A stretch of DNA of 64,000 bases from Theionarchaea archaeon. Lineage in GTDB: Archaea; Methanobacteriota_B; Thermococci; Methanofastidiosales; SZ-28-30. The stretch is taken from contig JACVGT010000025.1 of the NCBI GenBank assembly GCA_018992685.1, positions 27,432 through 91,431 of the forward strand, in the 5' to 3' direction. A program made the position numbers and the translations under genes. Shown here in pieces: positions 1-10,360 of this stretch (the first letter of the stretch is position 1; the number at the start of each line of letters is the position of its first letter). The notes beneath the pieces are model-generated. The model saw only the letters and a program-made list of their open reading frames with translations, was not told the origin of the DNA and did not search any database.

Positions 1-2
1 GT

Positions 3-926
3 CTTACCGAGCTGATTCTCTGACTCTTTTCGGGCATGACGTATGCTATCTCTTTCCCTTGCATGGGTCTCACCAAGTCTGTTGTACATGTCCTCTTCTC
101 GTCTCCATCTCGAAACTTCAGCTTGTAAGTTTGAAATGAGCGGGCTGAACCGTAGTTCTAGAGACTGGATTTCGGAATTCATTTGAGATCGATGGTTAGA
201 AACTGCTGATTCTACTTCTGGAGTGATTTCTCTGATCTTCTCATTAAAATATCTAAGAATTTCTGATTGTTTCTCCGTCAAGTTTTCCTTCCACTCAAAG
301 GTCGCAGAAAACGCTGTGTTCTTTATACTCAAAAGAGATTCAACGTCTCTCAGGGACTTTCTCTTTAGATCCAGCAGCAGATCTAGGTTTTTCTCAGCTT
401 GCTCCACTGACAGATGAGATGAAATCTTAGAGATCTCTGGAAGCTCAGCTGTTTTGTCCACGAACCGCAAATAGTCGACAAGGTCTTTTAACAAATCTTC
501 ATGTGTCAAACACCCTGTTAGCGTTGTAACCACCGTACCGGCGAAATCTCTTAAGGAATCTTCATGGGACTTCAGAAGTGCAATGTATTCCTCACATCGT
601 GCGTGGGACGGTTTGTGCTCTTCAAGACCTCTAATAATACCGGGGATATCTGGCGTTGTCTTATACTCAAAAGTCTGCTCGAAGATTCCCAACATATCAA
701 GAATCACGTATTTGTTCTCTTCAGGTCTTTTCATGACAAAAAGAGGCCAAAAAACTTTTGATACGAAGGAAATGCTCTCGGCAGTCTTTTTCTTCAAAAA
801 TCCACCGCCTTTTTCTCTCTCTGCTTCAACCAGAGAAAGGACCAAGCATAATTCGAGGTCATCTGCAGCAACGGTTTCCTGACCATCATTCTCAAGCCTC
901 ATGGCAAAAGGCAAAATCAATACCAT
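3..926 (-). CDS. Hypothetical coiled-coil protein, 3' end runs off the window
   Basis: Hand translation from ATG at 926 (MVLILPFAMRLEND...EAEREKGGGFLKKK...) stays open to the window edge; E/K/R-rich helical C-terminal part; absent from the ORF track because there is no stop. Confidence 0.75.
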   Translation of the reverse strand, partial: MVLILPFAMRLENDGQETVAADDLELCLVLSLVEAEREKGGGFLKKKTAESISFVSKVFWPLFVMKRPEENKYVILDMLGIFEQTFEYKTTPDIPGIIRGLEEHKPSHARCEEYIALLKSHEDSLRDFAGTVVTTLTGCLTHEDLLKDLVDYLRFVDKTAELPEISKISSHLSVEQAEKNLDLLLDLKRKSLRDVESLLSIKNTAFSATFEWKENLTEKQSEILRYFNEKIREITPEVESAVSNHRSQMNSEIQSLELRFSPLISNLQAEVSRWRREEDMYNRLGETHARERDSIRHARKESENQLGK

Positions 927-1197
927 TTTAGACCCCTCCTCTTACACCACTGGAGTTTATTTCCCTGAGAATATTTTTCTTTCTGAATTATAAGAATTTT
1001 TCCTCTTCAACATGGGCTATGAATGTGATTTTTCCCCGGTTCTGAAATCCGAAAATCATTACTAAAGTCAGGAAAACACAGGAAACGAAGACGAAAGTTT
1101 TGAATTCAATGCATTTGAAGGGTAACGTCATGAATCTTTGCAGGAATAACATTCGTGCTTATAAGAGATTATTATTCCGGAGTCACGAGACCAGGAA

Positions 1198-1992
1198 TTA
1201 CCTCAAGAGTTTCTTTGCCTTGATGATTGGTTTTCCGAATTCTTCCAGCATGGTGGCTACTGAACTTCTATCAGGTGTTCCCTTCCAATCCAGAATGAAA
1301 GCATCACACCCTCCATTTTTTTCAAGCGCTTTCCTGACATTTTCTTCAGTCACCTGAACATACTTGGCCAAAACATGACCAACGGCATACTCTCTGTGTA
1401 GGGCAACCAACGTGTGTTTCTGGCAGTAGTGCCCGCCCCCAATGCCCACAGCTTGTGGAAACCTGTAATCTGGATAGGCGAGAGCTTTCATCAGAGCGAC
1501 TGCTACCGCTTCTCCTGCCTTCTTGCTAACCCATTGGTCAGGTCCAGATCCAATCTCGATGAACATGGTGGGAAGTTCAGTGAGAGGCCCATGATGTGTT
1601 GCTTCCATGGACACTTCGAATTCCAGGTTCAAGGTATCTTTCTGATTCTTGAGTTCCTGAAGGCCCAGTTTCTGGGCTATGGGATTTGAGACACAGATTT
1701 CACCCGCAGATCCTCCAAAATCTGCAGCTCCGAAATTTCCAGGAGTGTGTACGGTTAATGAGGGAACTCCCGCCTCTGAAGAATGTCGGGAAGCGAATAC
1801 AATAAAATTCACATTTTTGAATTCTTTCTCGGGGAATTCTGCATACACAGAGTCTTTCTCTATGAAGACCAAGAGAGAGTCCCGGTAAGCATAGTGTGAT
1901 TTACCAACCTTTTCAAAGTCGAACAATTCCAGTACATGGTGAGCGATATTCATTCCTGCCAGGTCCTGGGTGGATGCCAAGATGAGATTCAT
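1198..1992 (-). CDS. dtdA: Archaeal/plant-type D-aminoacyl-tRNA deacylase (DTD2/GEK1 family)
   Basis: Motifs FASRHSS, LTVHTPGN, EATHHGP, FIEIGS, GIGGGHY. Confidence 0.92.
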   Translation of the reverse strand: MNLILASTQDLAGMNIAHHVLELFDFEKVGKSHYAYRDSLLVFIEKDSVYAEFPEKEFKNVNFIVFASRHSSEAGVPSLTVHTPGNFGAADFGGSAGEICVSNPIAQKLGLQELKNQKDTLNLEFEVSMEATHHGPLTELPTMFIEIGSGPDQWVSKKAGEAVAVALMKALAYPDYRFPQAVGIGGGHYCQKHTLVALHREYAVGHVLAKYVQVTEENVRKALEKNGGCDAFILDWKGTPDRSSVATMLEEFGKPIIKAKKLLR

Positions 1993-2195
1993 CGGACAGA
2001 GTAGACACCAGGATTTAAAGCTTTCACCCTTGACCTCTCGGATTCTTGGGTATTGAGCATGGAGTTGAGGAAGAACAGCTCCTTTTTCGTGGTCTAGAGA
2101 CTGCCTATCCGAATTCCATCTCTAACGACCATCAGATGCTGAAGGCTTTGGGTGTGAGATAGCCAACCTTAAAAAGATTCAGGCAAAACGGGCAC

Positions 2196-2999
2196 ATGCC
2201 AGAACTTCCAGACTTGGAGGTACTCAAAGAACGATTGGAACCCTTGATTGGAGACACAATCTCAGACGTTGAGATATTATTTCCTCTGACCTTTCGTGTT
2301 CTGGTAGAAGGTACTCCTCAAAGCCTACTACCGCACCAGACTATTAAGAAAGTCACCCGAAGAGGAAAGGTTTTGATATTCGAGCTTGATACCCTGTTTC
2401 TTGTTCTGAACCTGATGCTCACAGGGAGGTTACAGCTGACGAGAGCTCCAGACAAATCCCGATATCCCGTGGTCGTTCTTCATTTTGCATCAGGGGCTGC
2501 CCTCAAAATCATGGACTACAAGAAGATGGGCAAAATCTACCTAACCGATACTTTAAAGAAGGTGCCTCAGTACACAAAGCTCGGGGTAGAACCTCTAGAA
2601 GGAAAATTCAGTGTGGAAGTTCTCTCGCGAATTCTCAGTGATTCACGGCCTGTTAAAGTAGTCTTAACCGATCAGAACAAGATTGCAGGAATTGGAAATG
2701 CATATGTGGATGAAATACTCTTTCGCGCCAGAATGAACCCTAAGAGAAAGGCAAACTCGGTGAATCCCGAGGAAATCATATATCTGTATGATTCTATCAT
2801 AACAGTCTTGAACAATGGAATTGAGAAGGTCAGAGAGGGTCTTGATGACATGTCAGAGGAAGTCCGGGATTTCCTCCTCGTCCACGGGAAGAAAGGCCAG
2901 AAGTGCCCAGTCTGCGGCGAAGTGATCAGGGAAATCGAAGTCTCCAAGAGAGTCACACATGTCTGTCCTCGCTGCCAGAAGGCTACTCTTCCCTGGTAG
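2196..2999 (+). CDS. mutM: Fpg/Nei-family DNA glycosylase/AP lyase
   Basis: N-terminal MPELP, RRGK, H2TH motif DQNKIAGIGNAYVDEILF, C-terminal zinc finger CPVC...CPRCQ. Confidence 0.9.
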   Translation: MPELPDLEVLKERLEPLIGDTISDVEILFPLTFRVLVEGTPQSLLPHQTIKKVTRRGKVLIFELDTLFLVLNLMLTGRLQLTRAPDKSRYPVVVLHFASGAALKIMDYKKMGKIYLTDTLKKVPQYTKLGVEPLEGKFSVEVLSRILSDSRPVKVVLTDQNKIAGIGNAYVDEILFRARMNPKRKANSVNPEEIIYLYDSIITVLNNGIEKVREGLDDMSEEVRDFLLVHGKKGQKCPVCGEVIREIEVSKRVTHVCPRCQKATLPW

Positions 3000-3076
3000 G
3001 GGTCTCTGGTTTTTGCCCAGGTACCTGGAGTTGACGTTATTCCAAGGTCAAGAAACAAAGAAAAATGAAAAGGGTG

Positions 3077-4393
3077 TTATATTTTCTTCAGAGCCTTTTC
3101 AAAGATATCCATTGCGAAATCCGCCTGTTCTGCTTCAACTACCAAAGGAGGCACAAATCGAATGGCACTCTTTCCGCATGGCAGGAGTAGCAATCCATTT
3201 CTCCAGGCTTCAAAGATGATTTTTTCCACTTCTTTCTTTGCGTGTTCCTTCGTCTTCCTGTCTTTCACCAGTTCACATGCGATCATTAACCCTTTGCCCC
3301 TTACGTCTCCAATGAGAGAATGGTTTTCGTACATCTCCTTCAGTCGTTTCAGCATGCCAGCTCCCACTTTGGCCGCATTGTCCACGAGTTTACTGGTCAG
3401 CAGATCAATGGTGGCCAAGGATGCAGCACAGGACACAGGATTTCCTCCAAAGGTTGAAGCATGGGCACCGGGAGGCCAGGACATGATTTCAGAAGAGGCA
3501 ACACAGGCACCCAGAGGCAACCCACTGGCAATTCCTTTTGCCATGCATATCACATCCGGGACAACGCCCCAATGTTCAATGGCAAACATTTTTCCTGTCC
3601 TGCCAAACCCTGATTGAACTTCGTCATCCACCAGCAGAATATTGTGTTCATCACATATCTTTTTTATTTTAGGAAGGAACTCCGGAGGGGGAACCACATA
3701 CCCGCCTTCTCCCTGGATGGGTTCAGCAAAGATCGCTGCAACATCGGTAGGAGGAATGACTTTCTCCAGGTAGTGCTCAATGTGTGCAACACATTCAAAG
3801 GCACAGCTCCCATATTCTTTATTGAAAGCACAACGATAACAGTACGCGTAGGGCACATGAGTCACCTCAGGTACAAGGGGAGCGAACCGTTCCTTCTGGA
3901 TAGCTTTTGAAGCTGTCAATGAAAGGGCACCCATGGTTCTCCCGTGGAATGCTCCGAGGAAAGCAATCATCTTGACCCGTCGTGTGTACCATCGGGCTAC
4001 TTTGAGCCCACACTCAACAGCCTCTGCCCCTGAGTTTCCAAAGAATACTCTCTTATCAAAGTCTCCTGGAGTGATCTGTGCCAGCTTCTGAGCCAGATCT
4101 ACCTGCTCTGTATAATAGAAATCTGTTCCCGACAAATGGATTAACTTTTCTGCCTGCTTCTTTATAGCTTCCACAACCTTGGGATGAGAGTGACCGGTTG
4201 CACAGACAGCAATGCCTGCTGCAAAATCAAAGAATGTGTTCCCATCCACATCCTCGATAATCATCCCGCGCCCCTGTTTGGCAACTAGAGGGTAGGATCG
4301 AGTGTAGCTCGTGGATATGTACTTTTCATCCTTCTTGAGGATTTCTTCTGCTTTTGGTCCCGGAAGGGTAGTCCTAATCTGTGGCTTCTCCAT
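3077..4393 (-). CDS. Class III PLP aminotransferase (4-aminobutyrate/acetylornithine aminotransferase family)
   Basis: NSGAEAVE, AFHGRT, DEVQSGFGRTG, AKGIASG; start placed at MEKPQ (4393) rather than 4441. Confidence 0.9.
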   Translation of the reverse strand: MEKPQIRTTLPGPKAEEILKKDEKYISTSYTRSYPLVAKQGRGMIIEDVDGNTFFDFAAGIAVCATGHSHPKVVEAIKKQAEKLIHLSGTDFYYTEQVDLAQKLAQITPGDFDKRVFFGNSGAEAVECGLKVARWYTRRVKMIAFLGAFHGRTMGALSLTASKAIQKERFAPLVPEVTHVPYAYCYRCAFNKEYGSCAFECVAHIEHYLEKVIPPTDVAAIFAEPIQGEGGYVVPPPEFLPKIKKICDEHNILLVDDEVQSGFGRTGKMFAIEHWGVVPDVICMAKGIASGLPLGACVASSEIMSWPPGAHASTFGGNPVSCAASLATIDLLTSKLVDNAAKVGAGMLKRLKEMYENHSLIGDVRGKGLMIACELVKDRKTKEHAKKEVEKIIFEAWRNGLLLLPCGKSAIRFVPPLVVEAEQADFAMDIFEKALKKI

Positions 4394-4519
4394 CAATATC
4401 ACCGTGTGAAATTCAAGCCTCTGCCTTATAAATGTTACCATACCTTTATTAGGGGAAAAGAATATACTGAACTACTCAGGCGATTTAGCCACTTCGCTTG
4501 AATTTGTCAGGTGGTCATT

Positions 4520-4963
4520 ATGGACGAACTGGATAGAGATATACTGCGGGAACTGAGAGAAGACGGGAGAATATCCTTTCGAGACGTGGCTCTGAAAACA
4601 AACGTGTCATCCCAGACTGTCAGTGACCGCATCCAGAAACTGATGGATAAGGGAGTGATCAAAGGATTCACCGTGGTGATAGATCAGGGTGCTGCGGGAT
4701 ATCCCATCACCTTCACCGTTGAACTGGATGTAGATGTTCGTAACATGAAGCAGATTTTGGACAGCCTCTGTGAATATCCGGAGCTGCATCAGATCAGTGT
4801 CATCACAGGGGACCACGACATCCTGGCTCTGGGTGTGGCTCGGGATATTTCACACCTCTATGAGATTATTGAGGAAAAGATCAGCAATATTGAAGGGGTC
4901 AAGGCAACGAAGACATCCATATCGTTGAAAACGGTAAAAGAAGTTCCGAAATGTTTTGGCTAG
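4520..4963 (+). CDS. Lrp/AsnC transcriptional regulator, divergent from the aminotransferase
   Basis: MDELDRDILRELREDGRISF...DRIQKL HTH plus RAM domain ITGDHDI. Confidence 0.92.
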   Translation: MDELDRDILRELREDGRISFRDVALKTNVSSQTVSDRIQKLMDKGVIKGFTVVIDQGAAGYPITFTVELDVDVRNMKQILDSLCEYPELHQISVITGDHDILALGVARDISHLYEIIEEKISNIEGVKATKTSISLKTVKEVPKCFG

Positions 4964-5139
4964 GATGCACAATCGATTCAGTGGGATGAGTTCCAACCAC
5001 TCGCGCTTTCTGAGCTTCTGCAGCAGTACTTCTTCTTGTTCGCAGACCTTGAATCCTTCTATCGATGTCGCCTTGCCCACTCATTCTACTCAGGTCAAAA
5101 GGATTCAGCGGACGGGAATCCCTCAAGGAGGTTCTGAGG

Positions 5140-5880
5140 CTAGGCTGTGGCTGCATACATGACCATGGCAGAGAGAGTACCTGCAACAGTGGCCCACAAA
5201 TTGGTCTGGTTGTTTCCCCACCAGCTAATCTTGGTTTCGCAGGTCGCGCCGAGGACAGAATCCACGTTGGCTCCAATGAACCCTGCTGCACTGATGGCCA
5301 GAAACAGTGTCAGTCCAGCAAATCCACCACTGTGCATTCTCAGAATCCAGGCCAGTCCTCCAATGACAGCAGCAATCCCCAGTTCTGCAGCTTCTCCTAA
5401 GGGAGTGATTCCTCCTTCTGCACCTGCAACTACTGTCTCAAAGGTTGTAATAAGAACAGGGGGTCTCTTGGAGAGTCTTCCGATTTCCCCTCCTGCTGTA
5501 TCTGCCGTGGCGCTCGCCATAGCGCCAAGAAATCCCGCAAGAAAAAATCCGCCACCATAGATACCTTCGAGAATTGCGCATATCATGGCAGCCAGCCCGT
5601 TTCCAAATACATTTCCATAGCCTCTGGCTCCCTTTTTGGCTTCTGCGACACCTCGTTTCTTCTTTTGCTCATATTTGTACTGGGTGGCAGCTCCTGCCAG
5701 AACGAAAAACGTCAGTGAAATGACAAAGTATTCCCAGCCCGCAAATATCCATACGATGAACCCAATCAGGAATCCTGACCATAACCCTGAACCACGGACA
5801 ACTTTCGCTTTGAAGGCCAGAGCTCCTATGGAAATCAAAATGACCACTGGGATTACTATTTCGTTGATTGACGAGATCAT
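5140..5880 (-). CDS. DUF92/TMEM19 membrane protein
   Basis: R-x-x-GNVFGNG, ATADT-x-x-GEIG, GGITPLG, VDSVLGAT, NNQTN motifs; multiple TM segments. Confidence 0.88.
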   Translation of the reverse strand: MISSINEIVIPVVILISIGALAFKAKVVRGSGLWSGFLIGFIVWIFAGWEYFVISLTFFVLAGAATQYKYEQKKKRGVAEAKKGARGYGNVFGNGLAAMICAILEGIYGGGFFLAGFLGAMASATADTAGGEIGRLSKRPPVLITTFETVVAGAEGGITPLGEAAELGIAAVIGGLAWILRMHSGGFAGLTLFLAISAAGFIGANVDSVLGATCETKISWWGNNQTNLWATVAGTLSAMVMYAATA

Positions 5881-5927
5881 TTTATCACGTTTGATATTTT
5901 GAAGGGGTATTTAAGGGTTTGTGTAGG

Positions 5928-6383
5928 TTATGGGGGCGGTTGCTTCGACGCGTACAGGTAGACAGCTTCTGTATAGCCGGGGGTGGTCATGGCAGGTGGA
6001 TTCACGGTTCTCACCTGGGCAATAGCCCTGGCAGGCGGAATTCCCTGGTGTATGAGATAACAGGAAAGCATGGCCCCCGTTCGGTCATTCCCGGCGTAAC
6101 AGTGGACAAAGGCTGGTGCCGTAAGCAAAGTGGCTGCTTCGAGGAACCGGGGTACAGCATCTACGAACTGTCTCTTTGATTCTGGGGTCGTCAGAGCAAT
6201 ATCGGGGAGGTACAGTGGAATATGTTCTATGGAGGAGGCAGTGATCTCCCGGGAGTTGACCTGCTCATCCAGGGATATGATGGTGCGTATTCCCGCAGTG
6301 TACAACTCAGGAAGGTTCCAGGGCCTTCGTACGGGTCCGCACCGTCCTCCTAGTGAGGGGGTAATCCAGTAAATGTGGTTCAC
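5928..6383 (-). CDS. Dual-specificity (cysteine) protein phosphatase
   Basis: CX5R signature VHCYAGNDRTG. Confidence 0.88.
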   Translation of the reverse strand: MNHIYWITPSLGGRCGPVRRPWNLPELYTAGIRTIISLDEQVNSREITASSIEHIPLYLPDIALTTPESKRQFVDAVPRFLEAATLLTAPAFVHCYAGNDRTGAMLSCYLIHQGIPPARAIAQVRTVNPPAMTTPGYTEAVYLYASKQPPP

Positions 6384-6391
6384 ATGATCAC

Positions 6392-7681
6392 CTACATTCT
6401 CTTGATAATTTCTTCAATGACAGTAATTCCTTCCTCATAGTCTGCTAATGAAATACTCTCATTGGGACTGTGTGCCCGGGATTCTGCATCTCCCACGCCA
6501 ATAGAGACCGTGGGGATGCCCAGGACATCAGTGAACAGCCACATGGGGCCTGAACCGGACATGGTAGGATAGATGACAGGTGGCCTCTTATGGACTGCCT
6601 CCATGGATTGCTCCGTAACAGAAACAATTCGTGCAGTAACAGGAGTCTTGGCTGGCCAGAGAGGGCCCAGCAATTCAGTCTTGATGTCTGTGAACCCGTG
6701 CTTTTCAAGATGATGATTCAGTAATTGGAATATTCTGTGTGGATCTTGGTTGGGAACAAGCCTGAAATCGATCTTTGCCATGGCTTCTGCAGGGAGAACA
6801 GTCTTGCTTCCGTCCCCTGTGTAGCCGGAATTAATTCCACATATATTGCAGGTGGGACCATAGAGGAGGTGGAAGACTGCTTCTTCGTCTGACATATTCT
6901 TGAGGAAATGGTCAATGCCCAGGATAGTCTTGGTCTTGTCACCATCATAGGGGATGGAGTTCACCTTGCCGAGTTCTTCTTCGGCGGGGGCCTCAATGTC
7001 CTGGTAGAAGTCTTCTATCAGGATGTGCTCCTGGGAATCTTTCAACGTGGTTAGAGCTCTGATAAGTCTCCATGCAGGATTTTCCACAATGACGGCAGAG
7101 GCTGAATGGAGATCTCTCTTGGGTCCATACGCACGAAGTTCAACGTAACACAAGCCTTTTGCTCCCAGGTACATGGTGGGTCTTCCTGCTTCGTCTTTAT
7201 ATCCTGCTTCCCAGATGCAGGCATCTGCCTTGAGGAGGGACGTGTGAGTTTCAACGAATTTCCCCAGAGAAGGACTGCCGATTTCTTCCTCTCCTTCTAT
7301 GATGAATTTAATGGTAATAGGTAGTGTGGCAAAGCGTTCTACTGCGGCCAGACGGGCCATGATGTTTCCCTTGTTATCTGCAACTCCTCTGGCGTAGAGC
7401 CGATTGCCTCTGACACTCGGTTCAAAGGGTGGGGTGACCCACTGATCAAGGGGGTCAGGGGGCTGGACATCATAATGGTCATAAAAGAGCAGGGTCTTTT
7501 CAGATTCGCCTTTTTTTTCACCGAATACTACGGGATGACCTTCTGTAGGGATGACCCGGGCTTGAAATCCTGCTTCTTGCAGGAATTCCTTGACGTGTTC
7601 TGCACAGTCCTGGATTCCTTGATGATGGGCAGAGATACTGGGGATCTTGAGGAGCTCTTCCAAGGCTTCAACGTTGGTCAT
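6392..7681 (-). CDS. M20/ArgE-DapE family metallopeptidase
   Basis: YDHYDVQPP, RGVADNKG, EGEEEIGS, DLHS, HSPNE; start placed at MTNVEAL (7681). Confidence 0.9.
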   Translation of the reverse strand: MTNVEALEELLKIPSISAHHQGIQDCAEHVKEFLQEAGFQARVIPTEGHPVVFGEKKGESEKTLLFYDHYDVQPPDPLDQWVTPPFEPSVRGNRLYARGVADNKGNIMARLAAVERFATLPITIKFIIEGEEEIGSPSLGKFVETHTSLLKADACIWEAGYKDEAGRPTMYLGAKGLCYVELRAYGPKRDLHSASAVIVENPAWRLIRALTTLKDSQEHILIEDFYQDIEAPAEEELGKVNSIPYDGDKTKTILGIDHFLKNMSDEEAVFHLLYGPTCNICGINSGYTGDGSKTVLPAEAMAKIDFRLVPNQDPHRIFQLLNHHLEKHGFTDIKTELLGPLWPAKTPVTARIVSVTEQSMEAVHKRPPVIYPTMSGSGPMWLFTDVLGIPTVSIGVGDAESRAHSPNESISLADYEEGITVIEEIIKRM

Positions 7682-7880
7682 GCGGGAGTGTTGTAAATGG
7701 CTATAATAAAGCTTTGTTCTGAACCTTCTGATCTTTCGAAGGACTTGACCTGGAAATCCGGGATGCAACATCTCGGTGAGGTGAATCTCATATGACCAGG
7801 GGTTAATCAGCAGTTGAAAGATTTCTTGCCACAAGTACCTTTATATTTATATGAGGACACAGGAATAGAGGTGTGGAGGA

Positions 7881-8657
7881 ATGGCAGTGAAATCCGGAAA
7901 CGGTAGGGTGGCCATAATAACAGGGTCATCCAGTGGCCTGGGAGAGGCTTTCGCCAGGAATCTAGCTCTGCAAGGATACAACCTGGTCCTTGTAGCAAGA
8001 AGGGAAGAACGATTATTTGCCTTGAGTACTGAGCTCCAGACTGACTATCTCGTTAAGGCGGAGATTGTGGTTGCAGATTTGACCAGAGAGAGTGACATAG
8101 CGAGGGTGGAAGCCAGAATCTCTGATTTGGAACAGGTAGATATGCTCATAAACAATGCAGGGTTTGCAACCACAGGGACATTTGCAGAGACAGATCTTGA
8201 CGGGCAGCTTAAAATGATAGCACTTCACATTGTCGCGCCTACCAGGCTTATCCATGCTGCCCTGCCCAAGATGGAAAAGGGAGGGTCAATCATAAATGTT
8301 GCTTCTATCGGCGCTTTTGTCAAAGTGCCAGAAAATGTCACCTACTGTGCAACGAAGGCCTACCTTGCGGCCTTCTCAGAGACCCTGCAGCTCGAGCTGA
8401 AAGAGAAAGGAATCCGCGTTCAGGCATTATGTCCAGGGTTCACTATGACAGAATTCCATGAAAGAATTGAAGGATTCGATCGTTCGGTGATTCCACAATT
8501 CCTGTGGATGACGCCTGGAGATGTTGCCAAGGAATCGTTGGAGGCATTGGAGAGGGGATCAGTCCTGTGTATCCCAGGTTTCAGGAACCGCATTATTCTT
8601 CTTCTGTCACGTGTCGGCATTCTTTCATTTCTCCTGAGAATGTTTCGCCCTCAGTAG
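7881..8657 (+). CDS. Short-chain dehydrogenase/reductase
   Basis: TGSSSGLG, NNAG, YxxxK (YCATK). Confidence 0.92.
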   Translation: MAVKSGNGRVAIITGSSSGLGEAFARNLALQGYNLVLVARREERLFALSTELQTDYLVKAEIVVADLTRESDIARVEARISDLEQVDMLINNAGFATTGTFAETDLDGQLKMIALHIVAPTRLIHAALPKMEKGGSIINVASIGAFVKVPENVTYCATKAYLAAFSETLQLELKEKGIRVQALCPGFTMTEFHERIEGFDRSVIPQFLWMTPGDVAKESLEALERGSVLCIPGFRNRIILLLSRVGILSFLLRMFRPQ

Positions 8658-8760
8658 AGGAACTCCTCAGTGCATGGACGGTCAGAAGCCTGATTGACTC
8701 GTTCTTCCCGTTCCTTTTCTCACGAACTCAGTAACGTCCCATCTGGTATTCGTACACATC

Positions 8761-9957
8761 TCACTGAATTCCCACTAGGCCCAGAAGTCTCTCCACACCC
8801 AGAGCAATCCCTTCAACCTCAATGCCACCCTCTCCCTTGGCACTATCGCCCACCAAGTATAACCCCTCTATGGGCGTCATCTGATCAAGGTCCTGACCTG
8901 ATGCAGCATGGTTTACAGGGTTGTTCCTCCGGTAGGTCTGAACATTCAAAATCTCGTATCTTCCATCAAACAATTTCTCAAGCTCAGAAAGTCCTTTCTC
9001 CTTCTCCTTCTTGAACTCACGTGATGAACTCCTCTGGTGGGCCATCACCAGATGGTACCCCTCAGGGGCCAGAGAAGGGTCAACATTCGTCACCTGGTTA
9101 ATGCCTCCAATGTAGTCCAGTGCCGGCGTAAACATGACTCCAGAATGATCTATCAGCGGTTCCTTTGAAGCCAGAGAGTACTTGATACCTTCAGAAGGGG
9201 TCATGGCATCGATCCTCTTCTGGTAGTCCCCGGGGAATCTGACCAGTCGTGACGTGGCCTTAGCACCAATATCTGATACCACCTTAGAGTCCGTGTGCTC
9301 TTTTCCGTCCTCATCTACAACGCCGTACACCTTGTCATCTGCCACAATTTCGGTCACCCTTTTGTGTACAATGGCATTCCCTCGTCTTCTTATGGCCGTC
9401 TTCAGTGCTCGTATGACACCTGAACATCCTCCCATGGGTACACCAGGACCTCGATACTTGAACATGGACTTGACAATAGAAAACATCTCCCTGCACGGGA
9501 CCTGTGACGGTTCCAGACTCAAAGACCAGATACAAAAAGACCTGAATCCCCTCAGGATTATTTCGTTTTTCGTTCTGTGCTCAAGAAACTCCTGAAATGA
9601 TCTTTTATCTCCCTTCCTGTACCTCATTTCCAGCAGTGTAGTATACAACCAGGTTTTTTCAGCCAGCTTCAGCTGGTTCAGTACCTGTCCAAACCTCATC
9701 TCCTTATCATAGAAAAACGTTGCCAGAGGATTTGAATCCACAATCGTGCAGGGTGCTCCTGCTCTTTTCAGTAACTGAGCAAGAGGGCCTTTGGAACCGT
9801 GAGGGACCATGTGTAGAGCACCAGTTGTCAGCTGGAATCCCCTGAATGGAATATTACGAAACCGACCACCGACCTGGGATGTCCTCTCGAAAAGCGTCAC
9901 CTTGGGACACAGAGCTGCCACTAGCAACCCTCCAATCCCGCCTCCAATGACGATCAT
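8761..9957 (-). CDS. FAD-dependent oxidoreductase, phytoene desaturase-like
   Basis: VIGGGIGG Rossmann motif, VGGRF, LTTGALHM, GLYLVGD. Confidence 0.8.
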   Translation of the reverse strand: MIVIGGGIGGLLVAALCPKVTLFERTSQVGGRFRNIPFRGFQLTTGALHMVPHGSKGPLAQLLKRAGAPCTIVDSNPLATFFYDKEMRFGQVLNQLKLAEKTWLYTTLLEMRYRKGDKRSFQEFLEHRTKNEIILRGFRSFCIWSLSLEPSQVPCREMFSIVKSMFKYRGPGVPMGGCSGVIRALKTAIRRRGNAIVHKRVTEIVADDKVYGVVDEDGKEHTDSKVVSDIGAKATSRLVRFPGDYQKRIDAMTPSEGIKYSLASKEPLIDHSGVMFTPALDYIGGINQVTNVDPSLAPEGYHLVMAHQRSSSREFKKEKEKGLSELEKLFDGRYEILNVQTYRRNNPVNHAASGQDLDQMTPIEGLYLVGDSAKGEGGIEVEGIALGVERLLGLVGIQ

Positions 9958-10360
9958 GTACTATTACGGACTGATAGGAATAAAAAGGTTACTATATTCA
10001 ATCATAGATAGAGAAAACATTCTTTCAAATCCAGACTGAGTTCTTGTCAATTTATATCTTTTCGGTACGTGGGAGAGCTTCATTTAGCGAATGTTTTCAT
10101 CCTAACGTAACTCATTTACCCTGAGAACCTGGTCGTTGATTGCTCGTGATCATATTATCTCTCAAGATCAGGATACCATCAGTGTGGATTGTAACGCACT
10201 ATCACTCCAGCAGAGGTCGAGAAGTTCTCAGTTCAAGGTGATACTCTTTGGCGAGCAGCTCCTGGAATATTCCTTCTTGTTCAGGAGAACCTGATAGTCT
10301 CTTCCAGGAGGGTTGTCTTCCTGCATCAACGTTTAAATATGTCAATGACTCAGTACTCCT

